DNA of 64,000 nucleotides from an uncultured delta proteobacterium (GCA_963789265.1 CAWBKB010000001.1:2048001-2112000), one strand, 5' to 3'; shown: positions 17,095 to 27,438, numbered from the stretch's first letter. Notes: generated by a model not told the origin, from the sequence alone. Made by a program: numbers and translations.

Positions 17095-17643
17095 ATGGGA
17101 GAAAAAATTGCTGTTTATCCGGGAACTTTTGACCCGTTTCATAACGGGCATCTGGAAATCATCCGCCGCGCTCTGGGCACGTTTGACCGCATAATCGTCG
17201 CGCTCGGCCTTAATCCTGAGAAGGAAACCATATTCACGCTGGAGGAGCGTTTGGACATGATCCGATGCAGCGTGGACGGCGACCCTAGAATAGAATGCGA
17301 TGCCTTCGACGGCCTTCTTGTGCGATATGCCGAGAGGAAAAACGCCCACGCGATTATTCGTGGACTCAGGGCGGTTTCTGACTTTGAGTATGAGTTTCAG
17401 CTTGCCTTGATGAATCGTAAACTTAGCCGGCGCATCGAAACGTTCTTTCTTATGACCGCACATCGCTATCTCTACGTGAGTTCGAGGATTATCAAAATGA
17501 CGGTAATGGCCGGTGGCTCGCCGGAAGGGTTGGTCCCCGATTACGTCTTCCAGGTCTTGAAGAAGAAGTTTCCGGCAATCGGAGAAGGCGACGATCCATT
17601 GAATTCCGACCTCCGGAGCAAAGATGAAGACGATGTTATCTGA
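17095..17643 (+). CDS. coaD: Phosphopantetheine adenylyltransferase
   Basis: YPGTFDPFHNGH, IRGLRAVSDFEYE. Confidence 0.96.
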   Translation: MGEKIAVYPGTFDPFHNGHLEIIRRALGTFDRIIVALGLNPEKETIFTLEERLDMIRCSVDGDPRIECDAFDGLLVRYAERKNAHAIIRGLRAVSDFEYEFQLALMNRKLSRRIETFFLMTAHRYLYVSSRIIKMTVMAGGSPEGLVPDYVFQVLKKKFPAIGEGDDPLNSDLRSKDEDDVI

Positions 17644-18811
17644 AAGAGCAACCCAACTGAAGCCGTCCGCCACCTTGGCTATCTCCGCGAAGGCAAAGGA
17701 ACTTAAGAGCCAGGGAGTGGATGTTGTAGGTTTCGGAGCGGGTGAACCGGATTTTCCGACCCCTTCGCATATCAGAGAAGCGGCCAAGAGATCGTTGGAC
17801 CGCGGGGAGACATTTTACACGCCCGTCAGCGGTATAGTTGAACTGAAAAAAGCAGTGGTCCGCAGGTTTGCGGCAGACTACGACCTGGAATATTCCCCGG
17901 AAAATATCGTGGTTTCCTGCGGAGCCAAGCACAGCTTGTACAACATCTTCCAAGCCGTCATTCAGCCCGGTGACGAGGTGCTGGTCTTTGCGCCGTACTG
18001 GGTTTCTTATCCCGAGATGATAGCCCTCGCCGGCGGCACTCCTGTGATCGTTGCCACTGAAGAGCAGAATGGCTTTGTGCCTGAGGCCGTGGAGATAGAA
18101 TCTCGGATAACTTCATCGACCAAGGCAATACTGATCAATTCTCCGTCCAATCCCACGGGGGTAATCTATCCCGGACATTTGTTGGAAAAAGTGGGAGAAC
18201 TTGCGGAAAAACACGATCTGCTCGTCATTTCAGACGAGATCTACGACAAACTGGTCTACGACGACCGAGCTTTTAGACCTTTCGCCTCGTTACCCGGAAT
18301 GAAGGATCGCACCATTCTGGTGAACGGAGTCTCGAAAACTTATGCCATGACCGGATTGCGCATAGGCTATTTGGCTTCCAAGCGAGCCGAACTGGTCAAA
18401 GCGGCCACCAGCATCCAGAGCCAGTCCACATCCAACCCGAACAATACGGCACAGGCTGCGGCCGTGGAGGCGCTGACCGGACCGCAGGACGAGGTCGAAC
18501 GAATGCGCGGGATCTTCGAACGGCGCAGAAACATGATGGCGGACGAAATAGAGAAGATTCCTCAGCTCTCCGCCTTCAAACCGGAAGGTGCATTCTACTT
18601 TTTCGTGAATGTTTCGAAACTGTGCGGGAAGAGGGGTATGTCGAACTCGGCGGACATCGCAAGTTATTTGCTGGAGCGTCACCACGTGGCTTGCGTTCCG
18701 GGAGGGCCGTTCGGATCTGAAGATCATATCCGCCTCTCCTTTGCAGCCGGCGAGGAAGTGATGCTCAGGGGGTTGGAACGTATTCGCACGGCCTGCGACG
18801 AGCTGACATGA
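17624..18811 (+). CDS. PLP-dependent aspartate aminotransferase (class I)
   Basis: GAGEPDF, NSPSNPTG, SDEIY, GVSKTYAMTG.RIG. Confidence 0.93.
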   Translation: MKTMLSERATQLKPSATLAISAKAKELKSQGVDVVGFGAGEPDFPTPSHIREAAKRSLDRGETFYTPVSGIVELKKAVVRRFAADYDLEYSPENIVVSCGAKHSLYNIFQAVIQPGDEVLVFAPYWVSYPEMIALAGGTPVIVATEEQNGFVPEAVEIESRITSSTKAILINSPSNPTGVIYPGHLLEKVGELAEKHDLLVISDEIYDKLVYDDRAFRPFASLPGMKDRTILVNGVSKTYAMTGLRIGYLASKRAELVKAATSIQSQSTSNPNNTAQAAAVEALTGPQDEVERMRGIFERRRNMMADEIEKIPQLSAFKPEGAFYFFVNVSKLCGKRGMSNSADIASYLLERHHVACVPGGPFGSEDHIRLSFAAGEEVMLRGLERIRTACDELT

Positions 18812-19581
18812 CCGATAATCGTCCTCTCATCCTGCTTACAAACGACGATGGAATCCATGCAGAGGGGCTACGTAAGCTGACATCCGCGGCCGCAAAGCTG
18901 GGCCGGGTCCGTATTGTGGCACCGGAGAACGAACAGAGCGCTGTAGGCCACTCCATAACACTGTATGATCCCATCAAAGCCCACGAAGTGACCAAGGACG
19001 GTCACTTCTACGGATATGGAATAGGCGGCACGCCTGCGGATTCGGTAAAGCTGGCGGTGCATTCGCTGTTGCCGCGATTGCCCGATTTGGTCATCTCCGG
19101 AATAAACAACGGCGCCAATCTTGGAATCAATGTCCTCTATTCGGGGACTGTTTCAGCGGCTACAGAGGCGGCCATACTCGGTGTTCCGGCCATGGCGGTG
19201 TCGCTGGCTCAACGGAAAGACCCGCCTTTTGACTGGGCCCTGGCTCATATCGAAACATTAGGCGCATGGGTTCTGAAATGTGGCCTGCCGCAAGGAGTCG
19301 CTCTGAATGTCAACATACCGGCCATCCCGCCGGACCAAATTCGTGGGTTCAAGTTAACCCGACAGGGACTCTCCAAATTTCGAGAGTCTTTCGAGCAACG
19401 CGAAGACCCCAGAGGAAACCGCTATTACTGGCTTGCCGGTGAAGCCACTGCCGCAGAAACGGATCAGGGTGTGGACGTCACGGCAGTGAAGGACGGTTAT
19501 GTATCCGTAACCCCCCTCTTCTACGATCTCACGGCTCATCCGTACACGGAAGAATTGACATGTTCTCTGAAGAAGCTCTAA
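18808..19581 (+). CDS. surE: 5'/3'-nucleotidase SurE
   Basis: ILLTNDDG, GTPADSV, SGINNGANLG..YSGTV. Confidence 0.96.
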   Translation: MTDNRPLILLTNDDGIHAEGLRKLTSAAAKLGRVRIVAPENEQSAVGHSITLYDPIKAHEVTKDGHFYGYGIGGTPADSVKLAVHSLLPRLPDLVISGINNGANLGINVLYSGTVSAATEAAILGVPAMAVSLAQRKDPPFDWALAHIETLGAWVLKCGLPQGVALNVNIPAIPPDQIRGFKLTRQGLSKFRESFEQREDPRGNRYYWLAGEATAAETDQGVDVTAVKDGYVSVTPLFYDLTAHPYTEELTCSLKKL

Positions 19582-20307
19582 ACAACGGTACGAACAACAT
19601 CGAGATAAAAGAAATAGAAACAATTCTCGGCCATTCCTTCAGGAATCCTTCCCATTTACTCAGCGCTCTGACCAGGCGTAGCTTCTGGCACGAAAACAGA
19701 GACACGTGCAGCGAGCACAATGAGCGCCTCGAGTTCCTTGGGGACGCAGGTACTCGGCCTGGTGATCGCGGACATACTGTATCGCGAATTCCCCGACGAT
19801 GAGGAAGGAGAGCTTCAGAAGAAAAGGGCCAGCCTCGTGAATCGGGCTGCACTTGCACAACTCATGAGGCACCTCAACCTGGCTCGTTTCTTGAGAATGG
19901 GCAGAGGAGACGAGTTGTCCGGCTGTCGTGAGAGAGATTCCATTCTCGCTGACACTTTGGAGGCATTGATTGCGGCGGTTTACCTGGATGGAGGCTTTGC
20001 TCATGCCGAGAAGCTCATAGAAAAGCATTTCTATCCGCTTATAGAAAAATGTTCCACTCGGGAAGGGATGGACGACTTCAAGAGCCTCTTGCAGGAAAAG
20101 GCGCAGGCAGAACTGGGGATTACCCCCACTTACGAAGTTGTGGATCACTGGGGCGAAGAGCATCGGAAGACTTTTTCGGTTGCAGTCTATCTGGGATCGG
20201 AAATTGCCGGACAGGGGATAGGTAAAAACAAGAGAGAAGCCGCACAAAAAGCCGCACGTGACGCCTTCGCGAAATTGGATTCAGCATCCGCGAATAAGGT
20301 CCCCTAA
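19560..20307 (+). CDS. rnc: Ribonuclease III (one frameshift near 19749)
   Basis: NERLEFLGDA in 19560-19802 continues as VLGLVIA...EGEL...DFKSLLQE dsRBD in 19720-20307. Confidence 0.9.
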
Positions 20308-20342
20308 GTTTCGCGTTTCACAAATACGGTTTCAATTGCACA

Positions 20343-20404
20343 GTAGGACCGGCATCTTGCCGGTCGTTGGAAAGAACGAATAACCGGCAAGATGCCGGTC
20401 CTAC
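20343..20404. repeat. GTAG-type REP doublet
   Basis: GTAGGACCGGCATCTTGCCGGT...ACCGGCAAGATGCCGGTCCTAC. Confidence 0.75.
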
Positions 20405-20539
20405 TGAGGGTAGCCGAACCAGATGCAGTGAAACAGATGTGACGTCTCCGATACCCATCTGAGCCAATACGTCAACAAACTTACAAAATTGAGTGCTATA
20501 GTCTTTGCCAAAAGTTTTGTCCGATTGACAAAATCACAC

Positions 20540-20598
20540 CGTCGCCCCGGACTCCGATCCGGGGTCCAGACTGGGTTCCCGCGTACGCGGGAATGACG
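20540..20598. repeat. CGTC-type REP doublet
   Basis: CGTCGCCCCGGA...CCAG / CTGG...GGGAATGACG; relatives near 37260, 44576, 62568. Confidence 0.7.
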
Positions 20599-20681
20599 GC
20601 GAAATGTCCATCGCGACGCGTGTTCAGCATTATTGGGATTGCTCGGCCAAAAGGACATTACTTTTGGCAAAAGTTGTAATC

Positions 20682-21440
20682 ATGCCCTCTTCCGTGAATC
20701 CGGAATCATGTATCGGTACCGCCGGTGGCCATGGATCGGAAGGTCTAGTGTGGCCGAGGCTCATCAAGGGAACCTTAATCGAGCGGTATAAGCGATTTCT
20801 GGCCGACATCAGATTGCGCAACGGCCGAGTTGTTACAGCGCACTGCCCGAACTCGGGCAGCATGATGGGATGTTCCGAGCCTGGGAGGCCGGTATACATT
20901 TCCCGCAGCAACAATCCCAAAAGGCGCCTTGCGTATACCTGGGAAATGATCGAGATGCCGTCTTCACTGGTGGGCGTGAATACCTTGGTCCCCAACCGAC
21001 TAGTGAAACAGGCGATAATTGAGGGCAAGATAAAGGCCCTGGCCGGATACGAAAGAGTGACCGGCGAAGTCAAGTGCAGTCCGCATTCGCGTTTGGATCT
21101 GGCGCTCGATGGCTTTGACGGGAGACGCTGTTTTGTTGAAGTGAAGAACTGCACTCTAATTGAAAACGGCATAGCCTATTTTCCCGATGCAGTAACCGCG
21201 CGGGGGCTCAAGCATTTGAAGGAACTTGAGGAACAGGTTCGAGTGGGCAATCGGGGAGTGATTTTCTTCCTCATTCAGCGCATGGATGCTACAGCCTTCT
21301 GCTCGGCTGACCATATCGACCCGGCTTACGGTCGCGAACTGCGCAGTGTGGTGAGCAACGGCGTTGAAGTACTGGCTTACGACGTGCATATAACACTCAA
21401 ACGAATAGCACTGAACAGGCAGATCCCTTGCGAATTTTGA
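20682..21440 (+). CDS. sfsA: DNA/RNA nuclease SfsA
   Basis: RYKRFLAD, HCPNSGSM, VEVKN, FPDAVTARG.KHL. Confidence 0.93.
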   Translation: MPSSVNPESCIGTAGGHGSEGLVWPRLIKGTLIERYKRFLADIRLRNGRVVTAHCPNSGSMMGCSEPGRPVYISRSNNPKRRLAYTWEMIEMPSSLVGVNTLVPNRLVKQAIIEGKIKALAGYERVTGEVKCSPHSRLDLALDGFDGRRCFVEVKNCTLIENGIAYFPDAVTARGLKHLKELEEQVRVGNRGVIFFLIQRMDATAFCSADHIDPAYGRELRSVVSNGVEVLAYDVHITLKRIALNRQIPCEF

Positions 21441-21526
21441 GAAGAAAGAAAATAGACCGGACCACTTGTTTCTGATGCTTTGCCTTCAGGTGCGGCGTGG
21501 TTAACCAGAACGATTCGTATTTTTTC

Positions 21527-21592
21527 ATCTGTGGCCATCTGCGCAATCTGTGGATTAGAAGAAATCCGCAGATTTCACAGATAGCCGCAGAT
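21527..21592. repeat. ATCTG(C/T)G palindromic mini-repeat
   Basis: ATCTGTGGCCATCTGCGCAATCTGTGGATT...AATCCGCAGATTTCACAGATAGCCGCAGAT. Confidence 0.65.
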
Positions 21593-21614
21593 TGAGTAGA
21601 CGGGCAAAAATCCC

Positions 21615-21733
21615 GGGGTCAGACCCTGTATTTTGCAGCAGAAAATCGCAGCATATATGGACTCCATGACTCCACACCGTGAGGGGGACCGTGCAGGGCG
21701 AAAGGAAAAAGCCAAGAAACAAGACCTGACCTC
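21615..21733 (+). mobile_element. Mini-element copy 1 (RAYT-derived MITE-like)
   Basis: Ends GGGGTCAG.../CAAGACCTGACCTC; aligns along its length with 22114-22230. Confidence 0.7.
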
Positions 21734-21761
21734 TGCCCCGAAAGCGGCAACCGGCGGAGTT

Positions 21762-22076
21762 TCACGCGGCCGCGTCAGGCAATTTCATTGGACGCGGGGT
21801 GACAGTCTTGCGAATCTCCGCCTCTGCAACATCCTTGGCCGTCTCGAGATCGTAGCGAGACTGAAGATTCATCCAAAAGCCGGGAGTCATCCTGAAATAT
21901 CGCGCCAGGCGTAACGCCATTATCGCCGTGATTGCACGTTTCCCGTTTACGATCTGATTCACCGTCCTCGGATCTACGCCAAGATGGCGAGCGAGCGCAT
22001 TTTGGCTCAATCCCAAAGGCTTCATAAATTCTTCCAAGAGTATTTCACCCGGATGTATTGGCGGTAACTTCTTCAT
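21762..22076 (-). CDS. higA: Orphan HigA-family antitoxin
   Basis: MKKLPPIHPGEILLEEFMKPLGLSQNALA...FWMNLQSRYDL; no toxin upstream. Confidence 0.9.
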   Translation of the reverse strand: MKKLPPIHPGEILLEEFMKPLGLSQNALARHLGVDPRTVNQIVNGKRAITAIMALRLARYFRMTPGFWMNLQSRYDLETAKDVAEAEIRKTVTPRPMKLPDAAA

Positions 22077-22113
22077 GTTTCGCTCACCTTCCTTGGTCAA
22101 TCTCTCAGTCTCC

Positions 22114-22230
22114 GGGGTCAGGCTTGTATTTTGCTGCAGAAGGTCGCAGCATGTATGGACTTCATTACTCCACCGTGAGCAAGATTGTGCAGGGCGCAAG
22201 GAGGTAAGTCAAGAAACAAGACCTGTCCCC
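22114..22230 (+). mobile_element. Mini-element copy 2 (RAYT-derived MITE-like)
   Basis: GGGGTCAGGCTTG...CAAGACCTGTCCCC; internal frame reads GLHYSTVSKIV. Confidence 0.7.
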
Positions 22231-22280
22231 TTACTGCAGGCGGGTCGTTCTCAGAAGGAAGCATCCTCCTGTACCGGAGA

Positions 22281-22871
22281 CTAGTGTCCAAGGGGAGTCT
22301 TCAACACTAAGAATTGCAGCAGAAGGAGTACCAGGTAGATCACCAAACCTAGTCCAACGAAACTGAGGGCCATTAGGCCCTTTGTTTTCCACGGCTTAGC
22401 TATAGGCTGAGGATACATGTTGATGCTTTGCGCGACGCATTGATCACTCCGTACGATGAGCGGGGTCGGGAGATCAATGTTGATTGACAGCAACTCGCAA
22501 CCTACTACTTCATTGGGCGCAAGACTCTCAAATATGAGTACGTACCGGTTATCTGTCTCAACGTGTTCAGCAAAGTGGCGTGGTGGCCAGATGTTCAGGC
22601 AGGGTGGCTTCCAATTAAAGACCAACTCGACATTCTTAGCCGTTTCTGTTCCGGCATTTCTTAGAAGCAACGACATCGTGTGAACGGTTTGTGCAGGCGA
22701 GAGTTGGTTCCCTTGTTGGTCCAGTAATGGCTGCTGAACGAGAAAAGTGAAGGTGTGCGGGGCTGCTAAGAACAACTTTGCCTTTGGTTTGAACAGGTGG
22801 TTCAGAGCCCAAGTGACGAGCGGAACGATCACCGAAACAAGTTCTTTGCCGTAGCTTTCAACGAATGTCAT
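22281..22871 (-). CDS. Hypothetical membrane protein
   Basis: 196 aa, N- and C-terminal hydrophobic segments around a beta-rich domain; GGAGG RBS. Confidence 0.75.
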   Translation of the reverse strand: MTFVESYGKELVSVIVPLVTWALNHLFKPKAKLFLAAPHTFTFLVQQPLLDQQGNQLSPAQTVHTMSLLLRNAGTETAKNVELVFNWKPPCLNIWPPRHFAEHVETDNRYVLIFESLAPNEVVGCELLSINIDLPTPLIVRSDQCVAQSINMYPQPIAKPWKTKGLMALSFVGLGLVIYLVLLLLQFLVLKTPLGH

Positions 22872-23117
22872 GATGCCTCCGTGTGGCCGCCCACAAGAGC
22901 TGATGGAGGTAAAATGATCAGCTCGCTCGCAAGAAAGCCAGCTTTAGCCCGTCGCTGAAGATACTCCCCCAGCCCAGGACCAGCCAATCACGATTTTTGC
23001 TGCCAGCAGCATGCGCAGTTAGTCGGCCTCAGAATTAGACCACTTCTCGGCAACTTTCGCCCCGAGGCAACGATGCAGCGGAGTAGGAGAGGACTTACGG
23101 CCGGGCCCACCTAGTTG

Positions 23118-23822
23118 TCATTTGGCCCACTCGGTAAAGCGCTCAAGGAGTTTTTTGCCGTTAATCAGTTCCAGTCTATATGGTAACCACGGTTTGATTG
23201 CAGGGTCTTCGGTTATTTTGGGAGCAAAGTCGGAAGTAGTTGTGACGACACCTTTGGACGCACCCATGTCTGCCGCAAGCACGCCCATTAATGCTCTAAC
23301 TTCCTGAGCTGTGACTAGATGGCCTGGACTATAGCGTTTTACTTGCTCAATAAAACGCACAGTGCAAAATCCTTTCTTTACAGCAATCACGTCTCTTCCA
23401 CCATCGCCACTGTGGGGCGTTAAGATTACCTCATCATACCCAGCCTTCTTGTAGCTGCCAGCTATGATCTCCTCCCATATTCGCGGTGGAATCTCGAATG
23501 CCGCGGTCGGATCTCTTTCCAGGTGTCGTATGATTTCAAACCACGGAATCGCAACGGCTTGGATCAACACGCCCTCGCGCGTCCGTCCACCATGTACAGT
23601 GATCGTTTGTTGCAGAAGAATTTCAAGAGGCGGTTTTTCCAAGAATGAGCCGACTGCTTTCAAATGGACATCCAGATCTGCCTTGCCACCAATCACTACA
23701 GGGCTCAAGACGATGCGGGATATGGAACCGCAGTGAGGACAAGGATTTCGCTCGCCAGAGTTCAGATGAGCGGGTTCCTCCAAAACTTTGCCACAACCTA
23801 CGCATGTAACCGCGTCCACCAT
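23118..23822 (-). CDS. Mrr-family restriction endonuclease with N-terminal Zn ribbon
   Basis: CVGC...CPHC; PRIWEEIIA, SGDGGRDV, EQVKRY, VTTSDF, LINGKKL. Confidence 0.88.
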   Translation of the reverse strand: MVDAVTCVGCGKVLEEPAHLNSGERNPCPHCGSISRIVLSPVVIGGKADLDVHLKAVGSFLEKPPLEILLQQTITVHGGRTREGVLIQAVAIPWFEIIRHLERDPTAAFEIPPRIWEEIIAGSYKKAGYDEVILTPHSGDGGRDVIAVKKGFCTVRFIEQVKRYSPGHLVTAQEVRALMGVLAADMGASKGVVTTTSDFAPKITEDPAIKPWLPYRLELINGKKLLERFTEWAK

Positions 23823-24161
23823 ACGCCTACACCTCGAAAGAATGGTCTAAGTCCGGTCTTTCCGACCATACCTCGCCTCTGCAGTGCGGTCAATGGCCGA
23901 CAAGATGGCTCCTCACCCCGGCCGAGTGCGAATGGGTAACCCCATGATTGTTGATTCCATCCTGTCGGGGCTAGAAACAAAGAAAACCCTTTGAGCGGTC
24001 GACTTATTTCGTGAAAACGCAAGTTATAGCGTTCCTACATCACGCCTCAACTGTCCACTGCGAACGCTACGGGATAGGACAATAGAAATCCCCGTGCAAC
24101 AGCATTGAAACCTATCCTCTCATGGGATTCTCCACTTGCATTGGAATTTTCGGGATTTATG

Positions 24162-24866
24162 TCAAGGCAGCTTTTTTTCGGGGCATTTCATGATGTGAAT
24201 AGTATCAAAGAAAATCCTTACATTTTCTCCGAATTTATCAATATTGTTGGGACGATCACCTTTGCCATCCTTGGCAATAACTCTATATTCCCACACACCA
24301 GAGGCATCAGAGTAGAAAGGGACCTCAAATTTCTGCCATTTATCTTGGGCGAGCTCATTGGCACGCACATAGCGAATCGCTACTCTGCGATGGACTGGTC
24401 GCAGGTCTATTAAACCCTCGTCTTTTATTTGATTCACATCTAATGTGAGAAGTACCAAGTGCTGCCGGAGATGTTCCGGTTTAGGGATTCCCATAGCCCT
24501 AATCTTGAAAACTGCGAAATAAGAGCCTGGCATCGGGAAATCAGTAGAATAAGGCCCGTAGATAACCGACTTAATGGGCTGTTCAACTTTAATACCTGCC
24601 TCTTCTTTAGTCCACTCCCAAATCGGATTCTTTGCTCCGAGATTTTTGTACGCTGCCTCTTCTGCAATACGATGACCATGATGGTGCATTAACTGCCCCT
24701 TTTCTTCATCCTCTTGACCCTGGTTGGCCTCGTTTGCACACAAATAGGTTCGAATAAGTTTTGGTCTGGCCAAAAAGTATCTTGCTAAAGTAATAATCAC
24801 GTACGCCACGCTACCGCCGACTACACCGGCAAAGCCCTTCCAAAAAATTTGCGACAAAGCATCCAT
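24162..24866 (-). CDS. Hypothetical protein with N-terminal TM helix
   Basis: Start MDALSQIFW; IYGPY...PGSY.A.F beta-sandwich-like motif; AT-richer than flanks. Confidence 0.7.
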   Translation of the reverse strand: MDALSQIFWKGFAGVVGGSVAYVIITLARYFLARPKLIRTYLCANEANQGQEDEEKGQLMHHHGHRIAEEAAYKNLGAKNPIWEWTKEEAGIKVEQPIKSVIYGPYSTDFPMPGSYFAVFKIRAMGIPKPEHLRQHLVLLTLDVNQIKDEGLIDLRPVHRRVAIRYVRANELAQDKWQKFEVPFYSDASGVWEYRVIAKDGKGDRPNNIDKFGENVRIFFDTIHIMKCPEKKLP

Positions 24867-25330
24867 TTTTTTCACTCCAGAACTCTTCCGAAAACAAAAC
24901 ACGGCCGTGCCATAACAAGTTTCTCCGTTATGTGTAGCATACCAAGAGCTATATGCGTGAGATTTAGTTCTTTTTGGCCATTCTTTCGCATAACTTTGGG
25001 TAAGACAATATTGCCTGTCTGATCAAATGATCGGCGGGGGGGACAGTGATGGCGAAATGCGGAGAGCTGCCCTAGCGGTCGCCGCGGTCATGTCGACTGT
25101 CCGGGGGCTTTTGGGGATCAAAATACCAGCGCGACAGGGCCACCTTTTCAGGACGAGAACTCTCAAACCTCGCATCAAAGGGGACAAATGGCATTTTTGT
25201 GATAGGCCGCGCGATGGGCCTTTTGTTTTTAGCTCAGGTGCATCAGCGTGTAGTTCTGTGCCACATGATGACATAATATCAAGTACTTACATGGATCGGT
25301 TTAAACAAGGCCAAAAAGAACACGGTAAAA

Positions 25331-25366
25331 CAGAAGGCCATCCCCATTTTTTCCAAGTGGCCTTCA
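25331..25366 (-). terminator. Intrinsic terminator after tRNA-Arg
   Basis: GAAGGCCA...TGGCCTTC stem followed by TGTTTT on minus strand. Confidence 0.5.
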
Positions 25367-25380
25367 TGATTGGTTTTTTG

Positions 25381-25457
<77 letters not shown>

Positions 25458-25591
25458 AAGGAATCTGCATTGTTAAACGGCGAAATTGCCATGACCGCGA
25501 CGGTTGCCTCGCCACAAATTTGTACAAATTCGGCGGAATGAATTAAACTTCCGCAGCACCTCGAAGTCGTTGTGCAACTTCTCATCCTTGG

Positions 25592-25668
25592 TGGGGAGAG
25601 TGGTGGGACTCGAACCCACGGCCTCAGGGGCCACAACCCTGTGCTCTGCCAACTGAGCTACACCCTCC
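25592..25668 (-). tRNA. tRNA-His(GTG)
   Basis: G-1 and C73, anticodon loop TT-GTG-GC, GTTCGAGTC. Confidence 0.93.
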
Positions 25669-25761
25669 ACAAAGCTTAAAATTACAGGCTTCGATGCTCG
25701 AAGTCAACTTATCATCTCCATAGACCCGGGTACCAGCGCAGCGGAATCCCAACGCACCGGT

Positions 25762-26802
25762 CTACCTCGACCGGCGGTTGCCGGGAAAGGTTGAGCCTTC
25801 CTTCGCGGCCGTCTTGAGCTTAACGGTCAGCCCCCTGATTCTATTTACCACAAGTACCCGCAACTCAGGTCGAGGGTGATGACCGAGCGCACTCTGGTAC
25901 AACCGGATTGCTCGTTCAAGCTCGTTGGCATTTTCCAGCACCAGAGCCAGATAGTAAAGAGCTTCCGGATCGCCGGGGTCGCACTTTACGGCCTGTTCGA
26001 AATCTTCCCGGCCCTGTTCTCTGTTGCCCATTTGTTCATTCGTAAGTCCCTTTTGAACAAAACCTCCCCTGAACGAAGGTGAAATACGAACCGTTGCCTC
26101 GAAGTCGGTCAAGGCCCCTTTTAAGTTCCCGTTATTCCTGCGGAGTAGTCCTCTCCTGTAATAAGCCTGAAACATAGCGGGGTCCAAGCTGATGGCTCGT
26201 GAGTACAGGGCTTCGGCGCCTTGAACGTCAGCCGTCCTTGCTCGACGATTCGCAAGATGCCAGCAGCCCACAGCAAACGAGGTCAACGGCCGCAGGCGAG
26301 TCTTGAGCAAGGCGATCCAAACGGCCAGATTCTCTTTCCATTCGGGCCGCGGATCCGATTTCAGAGCATCGCGATAAAGCGCAATTGCCTCGGAGATATG
26401 TTCCCCGCCGCGCTCGTAGATTCCTGCCAGGTTTTCTAATGCCCGATAATTCTCGTGATCGATTTCGAGGACTTTCTTATAGTCTTCTACAGCCTTGCCG
26501 GGCTGGTTTATCATCTCGTATGCCATTCCCCTTCCCTGCAAGGCCGGAACTTGCCGGGAAGCGTCCTTCGCTTCCTCGGTATACAATTTGACGGCGTCCC
26601 GGTAACTGCCCCGATTATAGGCTTGATCAGCCGGGCTAACAACAGACACCGGACTCCAGGGCAACTCAGGGATGAGTCGGTCTGCCGCGCTTGCAATAAG
26701 CGAGCAAGCAGTCACGACAAGGACAACCGCGAGCACACGCCTAAAGATGTTCCAAAGACACCGGTAAGAATTTTGGACAGATACGCTCATAGGCTTGCCC
26801 AC
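25762..26802 (-). CDS. TPR-repeat exported protein
   Basis: Signal-like N-terminus; repeated AY..RG, A..D...A TPR motifs. Confidence 0.85.
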   Translation of the reverse strand: MGKPMSVSVQNSYRCLWNIFRRVLAVVLVVTACSLIASAADRLIPELPWSPVSVVSPADQAYNRGSYRDAVKLYTEEAKDASRQVPALQGRGMAYEMINQPGKAVEDYKKVLEIDHENYRALENLAGIYERGGEHISEAIALYRDALKSDPRPEWKENLAVWIALLKTRLRPLTSFAVGCWHLANRRARTADVQGAEALYSRAISLDPAMFQAYYRRGLLRRNNGNLKGALTDFEATVRISPSFRGGFVQKGLTNEQMGNREQGREDFEQAVKCDPGDPEALYYLALVLENANELERAIRLYQSALGHHPRPELRVLVVNRIRGLTVKLKTAAKEGSTFPGNRRSR

Positions 26803-27373
26803 GAATCTATTGCCGGGGTGCCATGACAGTCACTGGGCTCTGAAGCACCGGTCCACTTTCTGTCGCCCCGATGAGGCTCAAACGGCCGGCGTCCCGGAGG
26901 GATTTTAGATAGTGGACCGGTCCTGCGCAGAATGCGGGATTGCCGGGAGACTTCTTTTAAAGGATAATTCTTGATTTGCTCTCCTGAATCGAATGCTTGC
27001 TCCAGGCTAACGTTGTTCATGGACGCGTTCAACGATATGTGATAGATAGGGCTTCGATGTGGCTCCGGTACGTGCTCGCACCAGAGATTCTTATCAGCAA
27101 TCGTGCGGAAACGGAAGAGCAGTTTTCAGAAACCGCAGGAATCTAAATGCTGTGCCGGGTCGGCCGCGTGTGCGGAGCGTACGGAGGTCTCATACGAATG
27201 CGCCGTCAAAGATGTGACAATCCTGACAGGATACGGTTGGGCAGTCCTGCGTTTCGCGCGGTACTGGATCACCCCTACATTTCCCCGCGTAGGCGGACTT
27301 GACGATGGCGGGCAAGATGCCCACCCCCTGGGGGCTACGGTTCCTCGCGTAGGCGGACGTGACGACAACGCAC

Positions 27374-27402
27374 GTAGGGGCGGGTTTGAAACCCGCCCCT
27401 AC
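27374..27402. repeat. GTAG-type REP palindrome
   Basis: GTAGGGGCGGGTTTGAAACCCGCCCCTAC. Confidence 0.75.
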
Positions 27403-27438
27403 TCGGTGTCACTTGCATGAAAGCGAATCGGTCTCACA

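Noticed and set aside
24908..24936. Integron attC-like remnant (minus strand ACATAAC...GTTATGG) upstream of the 24866 gene
   Set aside because: Only ~25 bp with no L boxes, far shorter than an attC; no integron integrase and no attC after the other islet genes.
25589..25594. tRNA-His gene ending in CCACCA as a degradation tag
   Set aside because: An extra encoded CCA is easily chance and would be trimmed in normal 3' processing.
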